Positions 49,283 to 61,007 of a stretch of 64,000 bases of DNA are shown piece by piece. Within the stretch, counting starts at the first letter, position 1. Each line of letters opens with the position of its first letter. The translations under genes were made by a program, and so were the position numbers. The stretch is from Zootoca vivipara (lineage: Eukaryota): NCBI RefSeq assembly GCF_963506605.1, contig NC_083282.1, positions 62,620,001-62,684,000 on the forward strand, written 5' to 3'. The notes under the pieces were generated by a model. It ran no database searches. It was given only the letters and a program-made list of their open reading frames with translations, and was not told where the DNA came from.

Positions 49283-50261
49283 AAATCATAATCTGATGTG
49301 GAGAACTGGAGACTGGAAAAATGAGAAACCAAAACTGGCAAATTTGCCTATCCGTATGGACTTATGAGAGTATGTAAAGGCATAACCAATTATTTCAAAA
49401 GAGAAAGCTTGAGCAGAGGAGCTGGTTATCCAATAGCAGCAGTATTATACTGTGACAGAGAAAACAGTCTAAAATGTAAATGTTCATCACCAGCCAGATA
49501 GAGGACCAACAATAAAAAGGTTTATTTATACTTCTTTGTTCTGCTTCATTAGGTGCTAAATTAATAACAGGCATTCATTCTCCCCCCCTCCCCCTCATTT
49601 ATCTTATCTTTTCTTTTCTTGTCCTGGACAAGACATCACCAACAATATGAGTGGAAGGTTTCGCTTCTGGAGAAAAAAAATGTTCAGGTGTGAAATCTGG
49701 CAGTCGTTCAGGTTGTTTCTTTGCTTTGGAACAAAGACTAAGGATGCTCAGGGATTTTGTCCAGTCTCCCTCTGCAGGCAAACCGACCACGTTTTCATTT
49801 CCCAGACTAAGACGTGGATCAGGATGCAGTAACCCTTCAGTTTTCGTGTTTCTGCAGATTTTATGATGCACTTCTGAGAGTAAAACATGCACAATGTGTA
49901 AAATGTGCAAAAAATGTATACCTTAGCATAAACATTTAGAAAGAACAGCAGTTCAGTGGTAGAGTATTTGGAAGAGTTATGTTAGCATAAATCCTACGCA
50001 AGGGGGAAAAGCTGCATGTGACTGAATTGTTTACATTATAAGACTGCTGTAACTTTCCCACACACAGGAGACAGCGTAACTTGATCTCCTGTCATGGGAT
50101 ATTCTTTGTTCTGTTTCTACTTTCACTTGTGACTGGAGAGTGACAGAATAAACACTTAACCATCGCTCTCTAATAAACGTAGTTAAAAGCTACGATTGTT
50201 TGCTGTCTTCTTTACCGAAGCCAGTGGCAAAAGAAAGAATATAGGGCTTTACACCCCGATA

Positions 50262-51492
50262 TTCTAACAGCCAACGTCCAATACCAAGATGAAGATCTAC
50301 CAGGCTTGTGTGTTGAGCATGCTGCTTTATGGAAGTGAGTTGTGGGCAACTTCACAACCATCAGGAGTGATGCCTCAATGCCTTCCACATGATTCTGCAT
50401 CATGAGGATTCTGGGTATCAAATGGTAGGCCAGAATGCCAAACAAAGATGTGTTCTCCCAAACCCACATTTCCAGCATGTTTGCACTCCTGTCTCAGTGA
50501 CGTCTACACTGGCTTGGCCATGTCCATAGAATGGAAGATGGCAGGATTCCCAAGGATGTGCTCTATGGGTCTTCCAGCACCAGGCCAGTTGGCAGACCAA
50601 CTCTGTGTTACAAACAGGGCCATCTCTAGGCCTGGGCTGGGTGGCGCAATGCGCCAGGGCGCCTGGCCACCAGGGGCGCTGCTGCGCCCGCCAGACAGCT
50701 GATGTCTGTGAGAAGGACTTTCCTTCCTTCCGTTCGATGCTGCACCTGGAGCCTCCATTTCGCTGCCCGCCCGGAGGGCTGCCTCTCGCCTTTCCCGTCT
50801 CCCCCTCTCAGAGAAGGGGCCCTCAGGGCATGGCGACGAGAGCTGCCGAAGCACCAAGGCGCTTTGCAATGCGATGTGCGTGCTTTGCCAGACCCTCGCA
50901 GCGCGCAAGGGCTGCCAGGAGGTGGCCGACCGCCGAGTGCGAGCCCCAGAGCTGCTGCCTCTTCCTCACTGCCAGTAGCCTGCGCCTCTCCTGAGCGCAG
51001 CAGCAGCAGTGCCGAGGAAGGGAAGCATGGCACTGGCTCCTCCTGGGTGCCGCACGGCGTACAACTTACTTTGGAGTCCCCCCCCTTAAAATGGGTCAGC
51101 AACTCTGGGAAACAGGGGGGGCCGCCGGAGGGACCTTTGCACCACAGCGCCGGATGGGCTTAAGATGTCTGCAAATGCAACATGAAGACTGCCAACGTCA
51201 ATCCTGCCATGTGGGAATCCATTGCAGATGACTGCAGTGCCTAGGGACAGTCAGGTCATGATGCATCCATAGCAGTGACCAGAGAAGGAATGATGGCCGG
51301 GAGGAGCACAGAGAGAAGAAGCACCATGACGCATCTGCAGCAGAACAACTGCATGCCATTGTCTGCCCCAGCTGCAACAAAACATATCTCTCCTACATCA
51401 GTCTCCACAGCAGGCTCTGCAACCTTCCAACAGTTTGACTTCACCCACAAAGGTGCACTCCTCCATTGTTTCCCAAGACAGATGGATGCCGG
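50262..51492 (+). mobile_element. RTE-clade LINE 3' fragment split by a GC-rich DNA element
   Basis: Encodes TKMKIYQACVLSMLLYGSELW...HVHRMEDGRIPKDVLYG...RPTLCYK|DVCK, with the frame resuming after the insert. Confidence 0.8.
50615..51166. mobile_element. GC/CpG-rich hAT-like insertion with truncated right end
   Basis: Begins CAGGGCCATCT and interrupts the RTE between TACAAA and GATGTCTGC. Confidence 0.6.
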
Positions 51493-54400
51493 CAGCTTTT
51501 GTGCAACATAACTCCATGCAGCCAATTGAGAGGTGAGGTTTTGTACAGTGTAAAAGCACCAGTCACTTCACTGTACATATCTGAAACAGATAAAACTATG
51601 TGGAATACTTAAAAAAATATCTTTAAAACTTCCAGAGCATGACAGAGATTCCGTGTGTAGTGTTGTGCTATGTTCACTTGGAGGATCCTGATTCAAGGCC
51701 ACAAGTACCACGAGCGTCTAGTTCTTTCTTTTTACAGAAGCGTTTCAGTTTTCCTGTTTTTTCAATTAACCCAGCAGCCCGTGTCATTACGTAAGCCATA
51801 TACATAAATATGATGTGAGCACACTTTAATCTGCATACACACTACAGTAATCAAGTAGTTGAAACATCCTATAGGGAGCCCCATACCAAGTATGAAGAAA
51901 TTGCCTAATAGTCAATAGCTTCTAAGAGAACTGAAAGCTGCTTGAGAGACATTTGATTTCCCATGGTGTATATACATAATTCTTTGGTTCCTCTGTCACC
52001 TTAGCTCAAACAGGTTTTGAAGGCCTTTGAAACAATGCAAGCCCTCAAAAAGAACCTGTTACTCAGAGGAGAAGAGAGGTTGGGCAGACACATCACAATT
52101 GGTGGTCTCTCTTGGAAATCAACCCCAACTCTCTCATTTGTGTGAGAGAGTTTTGGTTGATGCTGGAAGCTGGTGGCACAGAGGCATGTCTTGCTCTGTG
52201 CTGATCCCAAGAGCTGTGGTTTGGGGGCTTCCTTGAAAGCCTCATGAGGAAGCAAGACCTGTGGAGTGTTAATGCTGTGAACCCCTCCATCTTTTGCTCA
52301 GGTTGTGTATATGTGTAAATAAAGACCCCACAGTCTTCATTGACTTCCATTTCAAGGAAACCAAACCGTAGGAAAAGCATTTGGAACCACTGTAGTCTCT
52401 CACCACTTTGAGACTGTGTTACATGCCACAGTATGTTTCTCCTTCCCTGCCATACCAAATGCCACCTGAAACCTAACAGACCCATATTTCAGTGCCTGCT
52501 AATTCTTCCCACATTCCTTCTCCTGAGTATGGGCAGACTCCATGGCTCCAACTTCCCCCCAGGCCTGATTTTTTTTACCACCTCATCTAGTCCAATGAAA
52601 AGTCCTGGAGGACTCAAATGCTCACACCCTATTTGGGGACATTTTGGCTGGTCTAATAAAGGCATTGCCCTAATGTAGATTTTGGAAGAAAAACTAGGTT
52701 TGACTTTCTTGTCTGCAGCATTCCGAGGAGGCGTGATTAAGAACTTCATTAGGGTCAAGCATTAGCATCCTTGGGTGAGGTCTGCTAAGCCTTAATGCAT
52801 ATTTATGACGCCGATTAGGAGGGCTGCTGCTTGAAACAAATTAGCAGCATCTGCTAAGGATCTCACTGTTTTCCTGGGCTGTTGGTAATCACAACAACAT
52901 TGCAGAAGTGTTTGAAAACCTGTGAGACAGTTACGCTATTAGAATGATAAATGGGGAGCTTTGCATGGGAATAATGAGACTGTGCTGCTGAAGCATAGCA
53001 ACAACAGTGCTGTTTCTGGGGTAAGTACAGCACTGAGGGCTTAGAGGGCAAGGATGCAAGAAAGGCCTTCAGGCAATGGCACTTCTGGGACCAATTACAT
53101 GCTCAGGACCAGGCCATATACTCCACTGCACCATCATCATTTCCTTCTGCCCAAAATATTAAAACTTTCTCTAGGCAGCTAGCAGACTTAAAGCTCCAGT
53201 CCCATGCTCCATTCCCCAGGTTCGGCACTTCCAAGAGGAAAAATCAATTTGTCGGATTCTGTAACTTCTCATTTAAAGCAAATTTGTTCAAACTCTTCCG
53301 AAGAAGATTTGATTGGAAAGATCTATTAACAAGGGAAAAAAGGAAAATCTATAGAGATGATTCTCGAAGCTGGGCTATATAAAGCAAGCTGATCAACTTT
53401 CTTCTAGGACAGTATCTTGGACAGATTAGATAGAAAAATCTAGGTGAGGGCATGGGGAAATCAAACAGCTGTATTAAGGTGGGGAAAGCAATCTATTTCA
53501 CAGTAACAGCTGAAATTCAACAATAAGAACATAATTTTGGAGCAGAGAGTAATTCCTTGGAGTAATAGAAAGGTAGGAAACATTAAAGGAACAGGAGAAC
53601 ATTTGATTGTCCCAAGACCAGAGCACAGTAGCCATGCTAGTCTGAGCCAGTGCACTAGAGTCCTGAGCTGGTATGGCATTAAAATGGGGTGAAATGGAGA
53701 TCATTTATTTTGGACCCTATCTGGTTTCAGTGCAGAATGTGAATCTAGAGTAATGCATTATTATTGGGGGGGGGTGCTTAAAAGGAGAGGCAAAGAAACT
53801 GGAATAACTGATTCAGCAAATCAGACTTAAAATGTATGGGAGGAACATTCTCTGTTAAGATTTGTCTGCATCAATTGCCGTTCACTAACCCTTATTAACA
53901 ACTGAGAATTCAAATAGTAATGAAAAGCTCAAAATACGGCATGTAATAATATAGTTTGATAGCTTCAGCATTTTTTAAAATAAAGCAAATATCTAGATTT
54001 CACGGGTTGTAATACTGAATATGAGTTGGCAGTTTTGCTTAAAATGCAAGTCAGTAAAAGCTGGACCCCAGTCCTTGCAGCAATATTCTCTTCCACATAC
54101 AATTTTCCCTGTATTCCTAGTCCCTCCTGTATAATTTAAGTGCAATATCCCCAAGGACAAAGAAAGACGCTTAAAAACAATTTATAGCCTATGCAAATTG
54201 CAATGGTGATGTATAGTGAGCAGTCCCCCACCTTTTACTGCCAAAGCTGTCAGAATTTAAAGCACACAGCAGATCCTACAACCAGGAACCAATGGACTAC
54301 TTCCAAACTGTGGCTCATGGAGAGGCCTGTCCTTGATAATATGCCCAACTTGACCTTGCCTAGTTGTTTGAACAACAAAGGAGTTTTCATGTTTTGATTC

Positions 54401-54950
54401 CCTGAAACAGACAAAAAGCTACCCAGATATGGCCAGCCCTACCATTAGATTCCATGAGATGGAGCTATCTCCAGCAAGAGATGCTGGGGAGGGGCAGCAA
54501 GATATTTAGAGGACAGAGCAGTGTGTACTACACAACCTGCCCCACACTCTCTAAGACAGCCTATTGCCCTCAGATGTGGTGGGGAAAGCTGTACCATCAC
54601 CTGTGTGAAAGTAATCTACCAGCATCTGTATGTGGCATTGCGGGGGACGGGACCATGTTTTCCTTTGCCTTGAGTAGCAAAATGTCTTGGCCCAGCTCTA
54701 TGCCTTCATCTTGCTTCCTTGCCACAATTTGACAAAACCTGGGTATAAGTACATCTCACCCAGGATTATCAACATTGACCTAGAAAGACCCGTAAAGGAA
54801 GTGGAAGTATTGCCATGTAAATCAGATTAAGATTTTGCAAAATGAATCTCTATTGGTGTGAACTGTGGTACCTTCGCAGTACTGTATTACTATTTTTAAT
54901 GTAATCACCCATAACCTAGATGAATGGCTGGATGTTTGAATAGTTGTTAG

Positions 54951-55344
54951 CTCCTCAACCTCGGCCCTCCAGATGTTTTGAGACTACAATTCCCATCATC
55001 CATGACCACTCACTGGTCCTGCTAGCTAGGGATCATGGGAGTTGTAGGCCAAAAACAGGGGTCAGCAAACTTTTTCAGCAGGGGGCCAGTCCACTGTCCC
55101 TCAGACTTTGTGGGGGGCCAGACTATATTTTGGGGGAAAATATGAACGAATTCCTATGCCCCACAAATAACCCAGAGATGCATTTTAAATAAAAGGACAC
55201 ATTCCACTCATGTAAAAACATGCTAATTCCCAGACTGTCCGCGGGCCGGATTTAGAAGGCGATTGGGCCACATCCGGCCCCCAGGCCTTAGTTTGGGGGA
55301 CGCCTGGCCAAAAACATCTGGAGGGCTAAGGTTGAGGAAGCCTG
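54951..55344. mobile_element. Palindromic MITE (ACTACAATTCCCA core) hosting an OC1-like MITE
   Basis: CTCCTCAACCTCGGCCCTCCAGATGTTTT...AAAACATCTGGAGGGCTAAGGTTGAGGAAG. Confidence 0.75.
55056..55306 (+). mobile_element. hAT MITE, OC1/OposCharlie-like
   Basis: CAGGGGTCAGCAAACTTTTT...AGTTTGGGGGACGCCTG with perfect 8-bp TSD GCCAAAAA. Confidence 0.85.
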
Positions 55345-55771
55345 GCTTAAACTGTTGGCAGCTATTGATGGCTATCTCAAGTAACCAGGACTTTGTTGCA
55401 GGAGAACCAACCATTGTCCACTTCTAGGTCCTCCTGGCTCTTCTGCTCCTTCCCTTCCTGCTTGACTTCTTCTCTGTGTATGCATGCACAATGAACAGAG
55501 CAAGGAGCAGCATTCCAAAGAACAGGGTAAGTGAGGGGGCAGAAGGAAGGAGAAGCCAGGAGAACAAGGGACCCATGAGGGCCCAAGGACCATTTAATAC
55601 CTGAAACTGACACTGTATCGTCCACACCTCCAAAAGAAGAACACTTGGTGGTCTTTCTGCACCAAAGCTCTCATTTTAAAGTGCAGCTTGGCCTATGGAG
55701 CTACAGCAAACTCATCCAAACATTGGTGTACTATTGCCTCTTCATACTGATGGCAAAAGCCGCCTACTCAC

Positions 55772-56330
55772 TGTTGTGGCATACTGAATATCCTTCCAGA
55801 TGGAGGTCTCCCGAGAAAGATCCGAAGCCTCAAAGAGGTTCTCCAAGATCACCTCACCGATCATGTCATGCCGAGAAAACCTGTCGAAGTCAAAGACGCT
55901 AAGATGAAGCTTCCTATTGGTCAGCTCCTCATAGGGCACAGGAAACTGAAAGCACTCGTCAAAGGTGGGGTTGAGCGTTTTCCTGTGCACACGGGTTTGG
56001 AACTTGCACTTCCTGTCAGGCAAGAGGTAGATCTTGACGTAGGGGTCGGAACTGCCACAGAGGTCCTTGGCAGGCAAGTCAAAGGCCTTGAGAATCCGCA
56101 CAATCAGGGTCTCGTTCTCATAGTCATATTTCAAAGCGAAATTTATTTTCCCACAGTTTTTTTCTGCCTCTTTTTTAGGGTCCTCAGAGTCCACGGATTT
56201 CTGCTTGTACAGCTCTGGCTTGATCCGGCCGATGCAAGTTGGCTGCTCCGCCGCAAGTGGTAGTTCTGTACCATAATCCATACTGGAAACATGCATTTGC
56301 CTGGGCAGGTGCCTCTTGAAGGAAATGTGC
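55772..56330 (-). CDS. SYT6: Synaptotagmin-6 coding exon 3 (linker and C2A domain), 559 bp
   Basis: Translates (R)[20 protein letters not shown]...[49 protein letters not shown]...[15 protein letters not shown]...WKDIQYATT. Acceptor tcttgcag| and donor |GTGAGT. All five C2A Ca2+-ligand Asp residues are present. Confidence 0.97.
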
Positions 56331-56769
56331 CTGCAAGAGATAAGAAAAGGCTAGTGTGTTGTATGTTGGGAGAAGATTGTCTTGGGTATCTGACCCCACT
56401 TAAGAGATAGGATGCAAAATGGGGAAGGGCAGGGAGAACGTAGGAAATATAGTACTCTCCTGGGCCCAACTGCACTATAAAGTTCCATCATACCACTTTA
56501 AACAGTCATGGCCATGACTTCATGCAAAGGATCCTGGGAACTGTAGTTTGTTAAGGATGCCAAGAGTTATTAGGAGACCTCCATTCCCCTCATAAAGCTA
56601 TAATTCCCAGAATTCCCTGGGAAGAAGATTTGATTGGGAATTGTAGCTCCCTGAGGGGAAAAGGGGTCTCACAACTCTCACACAGTATTTTTTTAAAGAA
56701 GCCAGTTGAGAGGGAGTAGGAAGTTTTCACAACAGTGATGTCACAGGCAGTAGGCACCCCTGACTAAGC

Positions 56770-56886
56770 GGGTGAAACATGAGACTCATAACTTCAGAGT
56801 CCCCACATTGGGCTAAAGATTCCAGCATTGCAGGGGGTTGGATTAGATGACCCTTGGGGTCTCTTCCAACTCAACAATTCTGATTC
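56770..56886 (+). mobile_element. tRNA-Lys-derived SINE with CR1 tail (degenerate copy)
   Basis: CATGAGACTC...CCCCACATTGGGC joined to GCATTGCAGGGGGTTGGATTAGATGACC...CTTCCAACTC. Confidence 0.55.
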
Positions 56887-57616
56887 CTCTACGACTATAG
56901 TGCCGACCCTTGTAGAACTTCTGAAGGCTTTGTCATAAATGAACTGTGTAAGCACAAGGGAAACTGGTTTCTCAATAGCTATCATGCAATGGAAAATAAA
57001 GAAGCGCATCTCATGCTGATCTGTGGGAGAGTTTGAAAAGAACAACTTTATGGTCTTCCAGTTCTAGGAATTAAGATCCATACCAAACAGAATGCAAGGA
57101 GCAAGTTGCCGTTCAAAAGCAAAATATTTGGAACAAGTGGTATCTTTGGCATTGGAGACAACATAAAAGAATGTAATTATAGTTTGTGGGAATAGGAAAC
57201 ACAGCTACAAGGGGCTGGTTATACTAGCCAGAAAGGAATAGCAGCACCCCTGAGAGTTCTGAGGTCTGTTTAATAAGCCCCACGGCTTGCTGTTTATGAC
57301 TTACAGGAGAGGAGAAAGGAACTGCTGACCAGTGATCCAGAGTTATAGGCTGCCAGCTGGGATTGCCACATATTCCAAAACCATAAAGCATTACTGCCTT
57401 GGGGAAATACTGTGTTTAAGGACTATGGGTCAATAGGAGTTTGGGGGCTTGTTGTAAGCTACATTTCTCTGTGCTATCAGCCCTTGAAAACAGTTACCAA
57501 AGAATCCCTGCTATTACTGAAAGCTTCCTATCTACTGGGTTGTTTTTTTCCTGTTGCTGATACGTTTACAATGAAATAAGTAGAAAAGGGAAAGGAAAGG
57601 AAAATAGAAAGACAAG

Positions 57617-57621
<5 letters not shown>

Positions 57622-57649
<28 letters not shown>
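57622..57649. repeat. (GA)n microsatellite
   Basis: Direct reading. Confidence 0.9.
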
Positions 57650-57652
<3 letters not shown>

Positions 57653-57659
57653 CACACAA

Positions 57660-58033
57660 GGTTGGCATACACTGTATGCAACTCAATTTCAGTTTCTCTC
57701 ATTTTTCCAATTTCAAGTTCAGTTCTTCACATTTCCACTTCAATTTTCAACAACAACAACTGAACACATTTTTGCAAAGCAATCCCCCTAAATATAATGC
57801 AGTTTTGTATGTTGCTTCTGCTAATACAGTATATGCATTTTTATGCACAGTTTACCACGACACATCCATTTTTTTGTACACATTCCTTGGCTGGAGAACT
57901 GCATTGCAAAATTTAGAGAAGTGCCAATTTTGAAGGATGGCTGTGCTTTCAGTTCACATATTGTTTTGAAAAGTCCAAATTAGATAGGTATGCCTTTAAA
58001 TGTGAACGGAGCAAAATTTCTCTCCCATCCCTA
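57660..58033 (+). mobile_element. Old hAT-like element (TAGGGATG-terminus family)
   Basis: Ends AATTTCTCTCCCATCCCTA and is homologous to 35389-35797. Confidence 0.55.
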
Positions 58034-60026
58034 GAACAAGAACCTTTCTCAGCTGTGGGAAGGGGAGTGCTTTTATATTCTCCATATCAGAGAAGAAAGA
58101 AAAGAAAAGGCAGTGACAAAAAGCCAACCACATACCGTACTTATTTTGCTAGTGCACCATCTTTCCCAAGATATACCTGATTGAGGATGTATTTTGATCA
58201 CACCTCTGCATAGTTCTCGTAACAGCAGGACTTCTTTTCTATAATTCATACGTTCCAGCAGAACTTTTCTAATTGAGTTTGACCAAATTACACTTATCTT
58301 CTTTCTCTCCTTCATAATGTCTTCTGTGAGTGAGCTTAATGGATATGAATGGCTAAGGGGATTTGAAACAAAGTGTGGCAGGCATACATCTGCCAATGGC
58401 ACAAAACATCAACTCGATTGCTCAGTCTCTCTCACAACTTTTATGACAGGACAGTTTTAGACCTGATTTGCAGCCTTCATGGTTATGCATGAGCAGAAAC
58501 TGAGAACAGGGCATGGGCCAGCCTGAGCTCAGTGACATCCTTATACTTCTCATACAGGTATTTTTTGGGGTCTTTGTTGCTACTTGGGCTGGGAGTAATG
58601 CCCATCTTCATTAAAGCCACCCTGCTTTCTTTGGCAAGTTCTACCAGGTACTTTTGTAGCAGGTTGCAATTTGTTTGTTGTTGCATTTATCTCTCTCTGG
58701 GTCCAAGGAGATCAGAGCATCATCATGATCATTCCCGTCCTACCGCTATCTCACCATCAGTGCAAGAGGAAAGCTCCCTGCCTCAAGGAGCTTACGACCT
58801 AACACTCAACACAGAAGAAGGAAGAGCAGAAGGAGATGGATGTAGAGTCCAGGGGTAAAACAGCCTTCTCATGACTTAGCTGAGAGGTAGCAGCTTGACT
58901 AAGGACATCTGGTGAGCTTTAAAGCTGAGCAAGGATTTGAGCTGGAGTTTTCCAAGAGTCAGTTCTCACACACTCTAGCCACTATACCACTGTACTCCGC
59001 GGGCTGGAGGATATGCAAGGTACTCAATTTACATTGCATATATTCTTACTATCCGAACTCTATTGCAGTGAGTGAAAATGGCTACCCATTTGTCATTGTG
59101 TAGTTAATGGTTAATATTCAGTGGGGAAACACTTCATTAAAGCACTCATTAGTACAGCTAAGGCACACAATTAGTTTACGTGCAATGAGCACCTAGGAAG
59201 CAAACATGTTCTCTTGAGACTAAGGTGGTTGACCTGGAGAGGCTGAGAAAGGCAGAAGACACTGTAGAGGTCTCCAGCTCCTATGACGGCAGGTAAGGGT
59301 CTTCTGGCAGGAGGGCATCATACCAAGGCAAGTAGGACACAGTTACTTGGAAAGACCCATCTCCTGAGAGGTGCATCTATATCCTCTTATGCCAAAGATA
59401 TACCCCTGGACAGGGGCCTTGCTGTAGTGATTCAGGTATTTGTAACATTTTGGTTGGACTAATACTGATATTTCCTAATGTGGATTTTGGATTTGGCAGA
59501 AATGTTTGTGGCTTTCTTCAGAATAAATATTTCTAAGGGGAGGGGAACAAGAGCGACATTTAAAAATTACGAATGGTCAAGAAAGAGTAAATGGATTGAT
59601 TTTTTTTCTCTTTCTCTCATAATGTTATAAACTGGGCGTTATCCAGTAACATTGATTGGCCATAGTTTCAGAATAGACAAATGAAACATTTGTTTCATAC
59701 AATACAAAATTAACTATTTACTACCAATTAGCCATTTTCTACCATGAGATCAGGTAGTTCTATCATGATGGCAAAATAGAACTTTTGTATTCAGAGGCAA
59801 TGTATCTCCAAAGCCCATTTGTTAGAAGACTGGCAGAAGAAAAGGACTATTGCCTTCACTCTTTCTTATAGGCTTCCCAGAAGCTAAATGCTGGACTAGC
59901 AGTGGTATTGTGGAAGGAGAAGGCAGAGGAGCACAGTTCTGGGACCTTTTATAGAGCAGGAGAAATGGTATCATCTGAGATGGTGCGATCATGAGAAACT
60001 AAATTTGTTTGTGACACATTAGAAAC

Positions 60027-60165
60027 AGAATAATAGAACTGTAGAGTTGGAAGGGACCACGAGGGTCATCTAGTCCAACTTCTTGCAATGCAGGGATCTT
60101 TTGCTCAACGTGGGTCTCGAACTCATGATCCTGAGATTAAGAGTTTCATGCTGAGCTATCCCAGT
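60027..60165 (-). mobile_element. tRNA-Lys(CTT)-derived SINE with CR1 3' tail
   Basis: Revcomp GGGATAGCTCAG..CATGAAACTCTTAATCTCAGGATCATGAGTTCGAGACCCACGTTGAGC is followed directly by GTTGGACTAGATGACC...CCCTTCCAACTCTACAGTTCTA. Confidence 0.7.
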
Positions 60166-60596
60166 CAAAGAATGAGAGAAATAAGCAGAGGATGGGTACT
60201 TCTTTCCTTTTTTTGAAGGCATTTCTACTTCATGCTAGCAGTTTAAATCGTAACACTTCTTCGCAAGATTGCTTGAACTAATTTAAAGCTTAAATGTTGC
60301 ATTTCAGCTGACTGAAAATCTTGTGAAAGCTCAGTGTATTTAAAAATCTGTACAGTCATAAGCACCACTAAGTTCAATGGAGCTTACTCCCAGATACGTA
60401 TATCCATATCCTATTGTGCCAAAGATATACCTTTGGGACGGTATATTTTGGGATGGTGGGTGGCAGGGTCCCCACAGTGAGATATTCAGGCATTTGGAAC
60501 ATATGTTAAATATTTGTAACATGCTGGTCCTAATAAATTGGACAATATGCTATGTGCTGCTCCGTGTGTGTGTGTTTCAGTGGATGAAAAGAGCTA

Positions 60597-60823
60597 CAGT
60601 GGTACCTCTACTTACGAATAACTCTACTTACGAATGGAGCTCCATCCGCCATCTTGGATGCGGTTTAGATAGGATTTTTTCTACTTATGGATCTTTAGAT
60701 AGGGTTGCTTCGACTTATGAATTTTTTCTCCCAATGCGTTCCTATGGGATTTGACTTACAATTTTTTTTGACTTATAAATGTGCATTCGGAATGCATTAA
60801 ATTCGTAAGTAGAGGTACCACTG
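60597..60823. mobile_element. Tc1/mariner (Tigger-like) MITE
   Basis: TIR CAGTGGTACCTCTACTTACGAAT with TA TSD. Sister of 38703-38945. Confidence 0.9.
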
Positions 60824-61007
60824 TACTTGCATTTATTTATTTATTTACTCCTTAAGCAATGGGGGCTGTCACAATGAGTTCCTGCACTTTTGTATAGTTG
60901 TGCATTTTCTTGATTTTACTGCTTTATCTTTTGTAACCCGCTTTGAAGGTTTTTGCAATCCAGCAGTGCATAAATGTTATAAATAAGTAAATAAAATGCA
61001 ACATCCC

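Larger units (their letters stand above)
47542..49356 (-). mobile_element. Old hAT-like element fragmented by nested insertions
   Basis: Left end TAGGGATGGGGAAGAAATT and right end TTTGCCTATCCGTA. The pieces are reverse-complementary to 57660-58033. Confidence 0.5.

Noticed and set aside
50664-50682. CTCF-like TGGCCACCAGGGGCGCTG
   Set aside because: It is one G short of the canonical core spacing and lies inside a GC-rich TE.
50504-51163. Overlapping 130-158 aa ORFs / apparent CpG island promoter
   Set aside because: This is a GC-rich insertion inside an RTE remnant, not a gene start.
55868-56263. 131-aa + strand ORF (also 63297-63644 and 3256-3561)
   Set aside because: These are antisense shadows of SYT6 exons.
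58073-58686. Minus-strand ORFs of 109 and 67 aa as extra SYT6 or nested exons
   Set aside because: Exons 2 and 3 already join in frame, and no protein family was recognised.
60027-60165. Functional tRNA-Lys gene
   Set aside because: The D arm is partly deleted, the stems are mismatched and it is fused to a CR1 tail, so it is a SINE or retrocopy.
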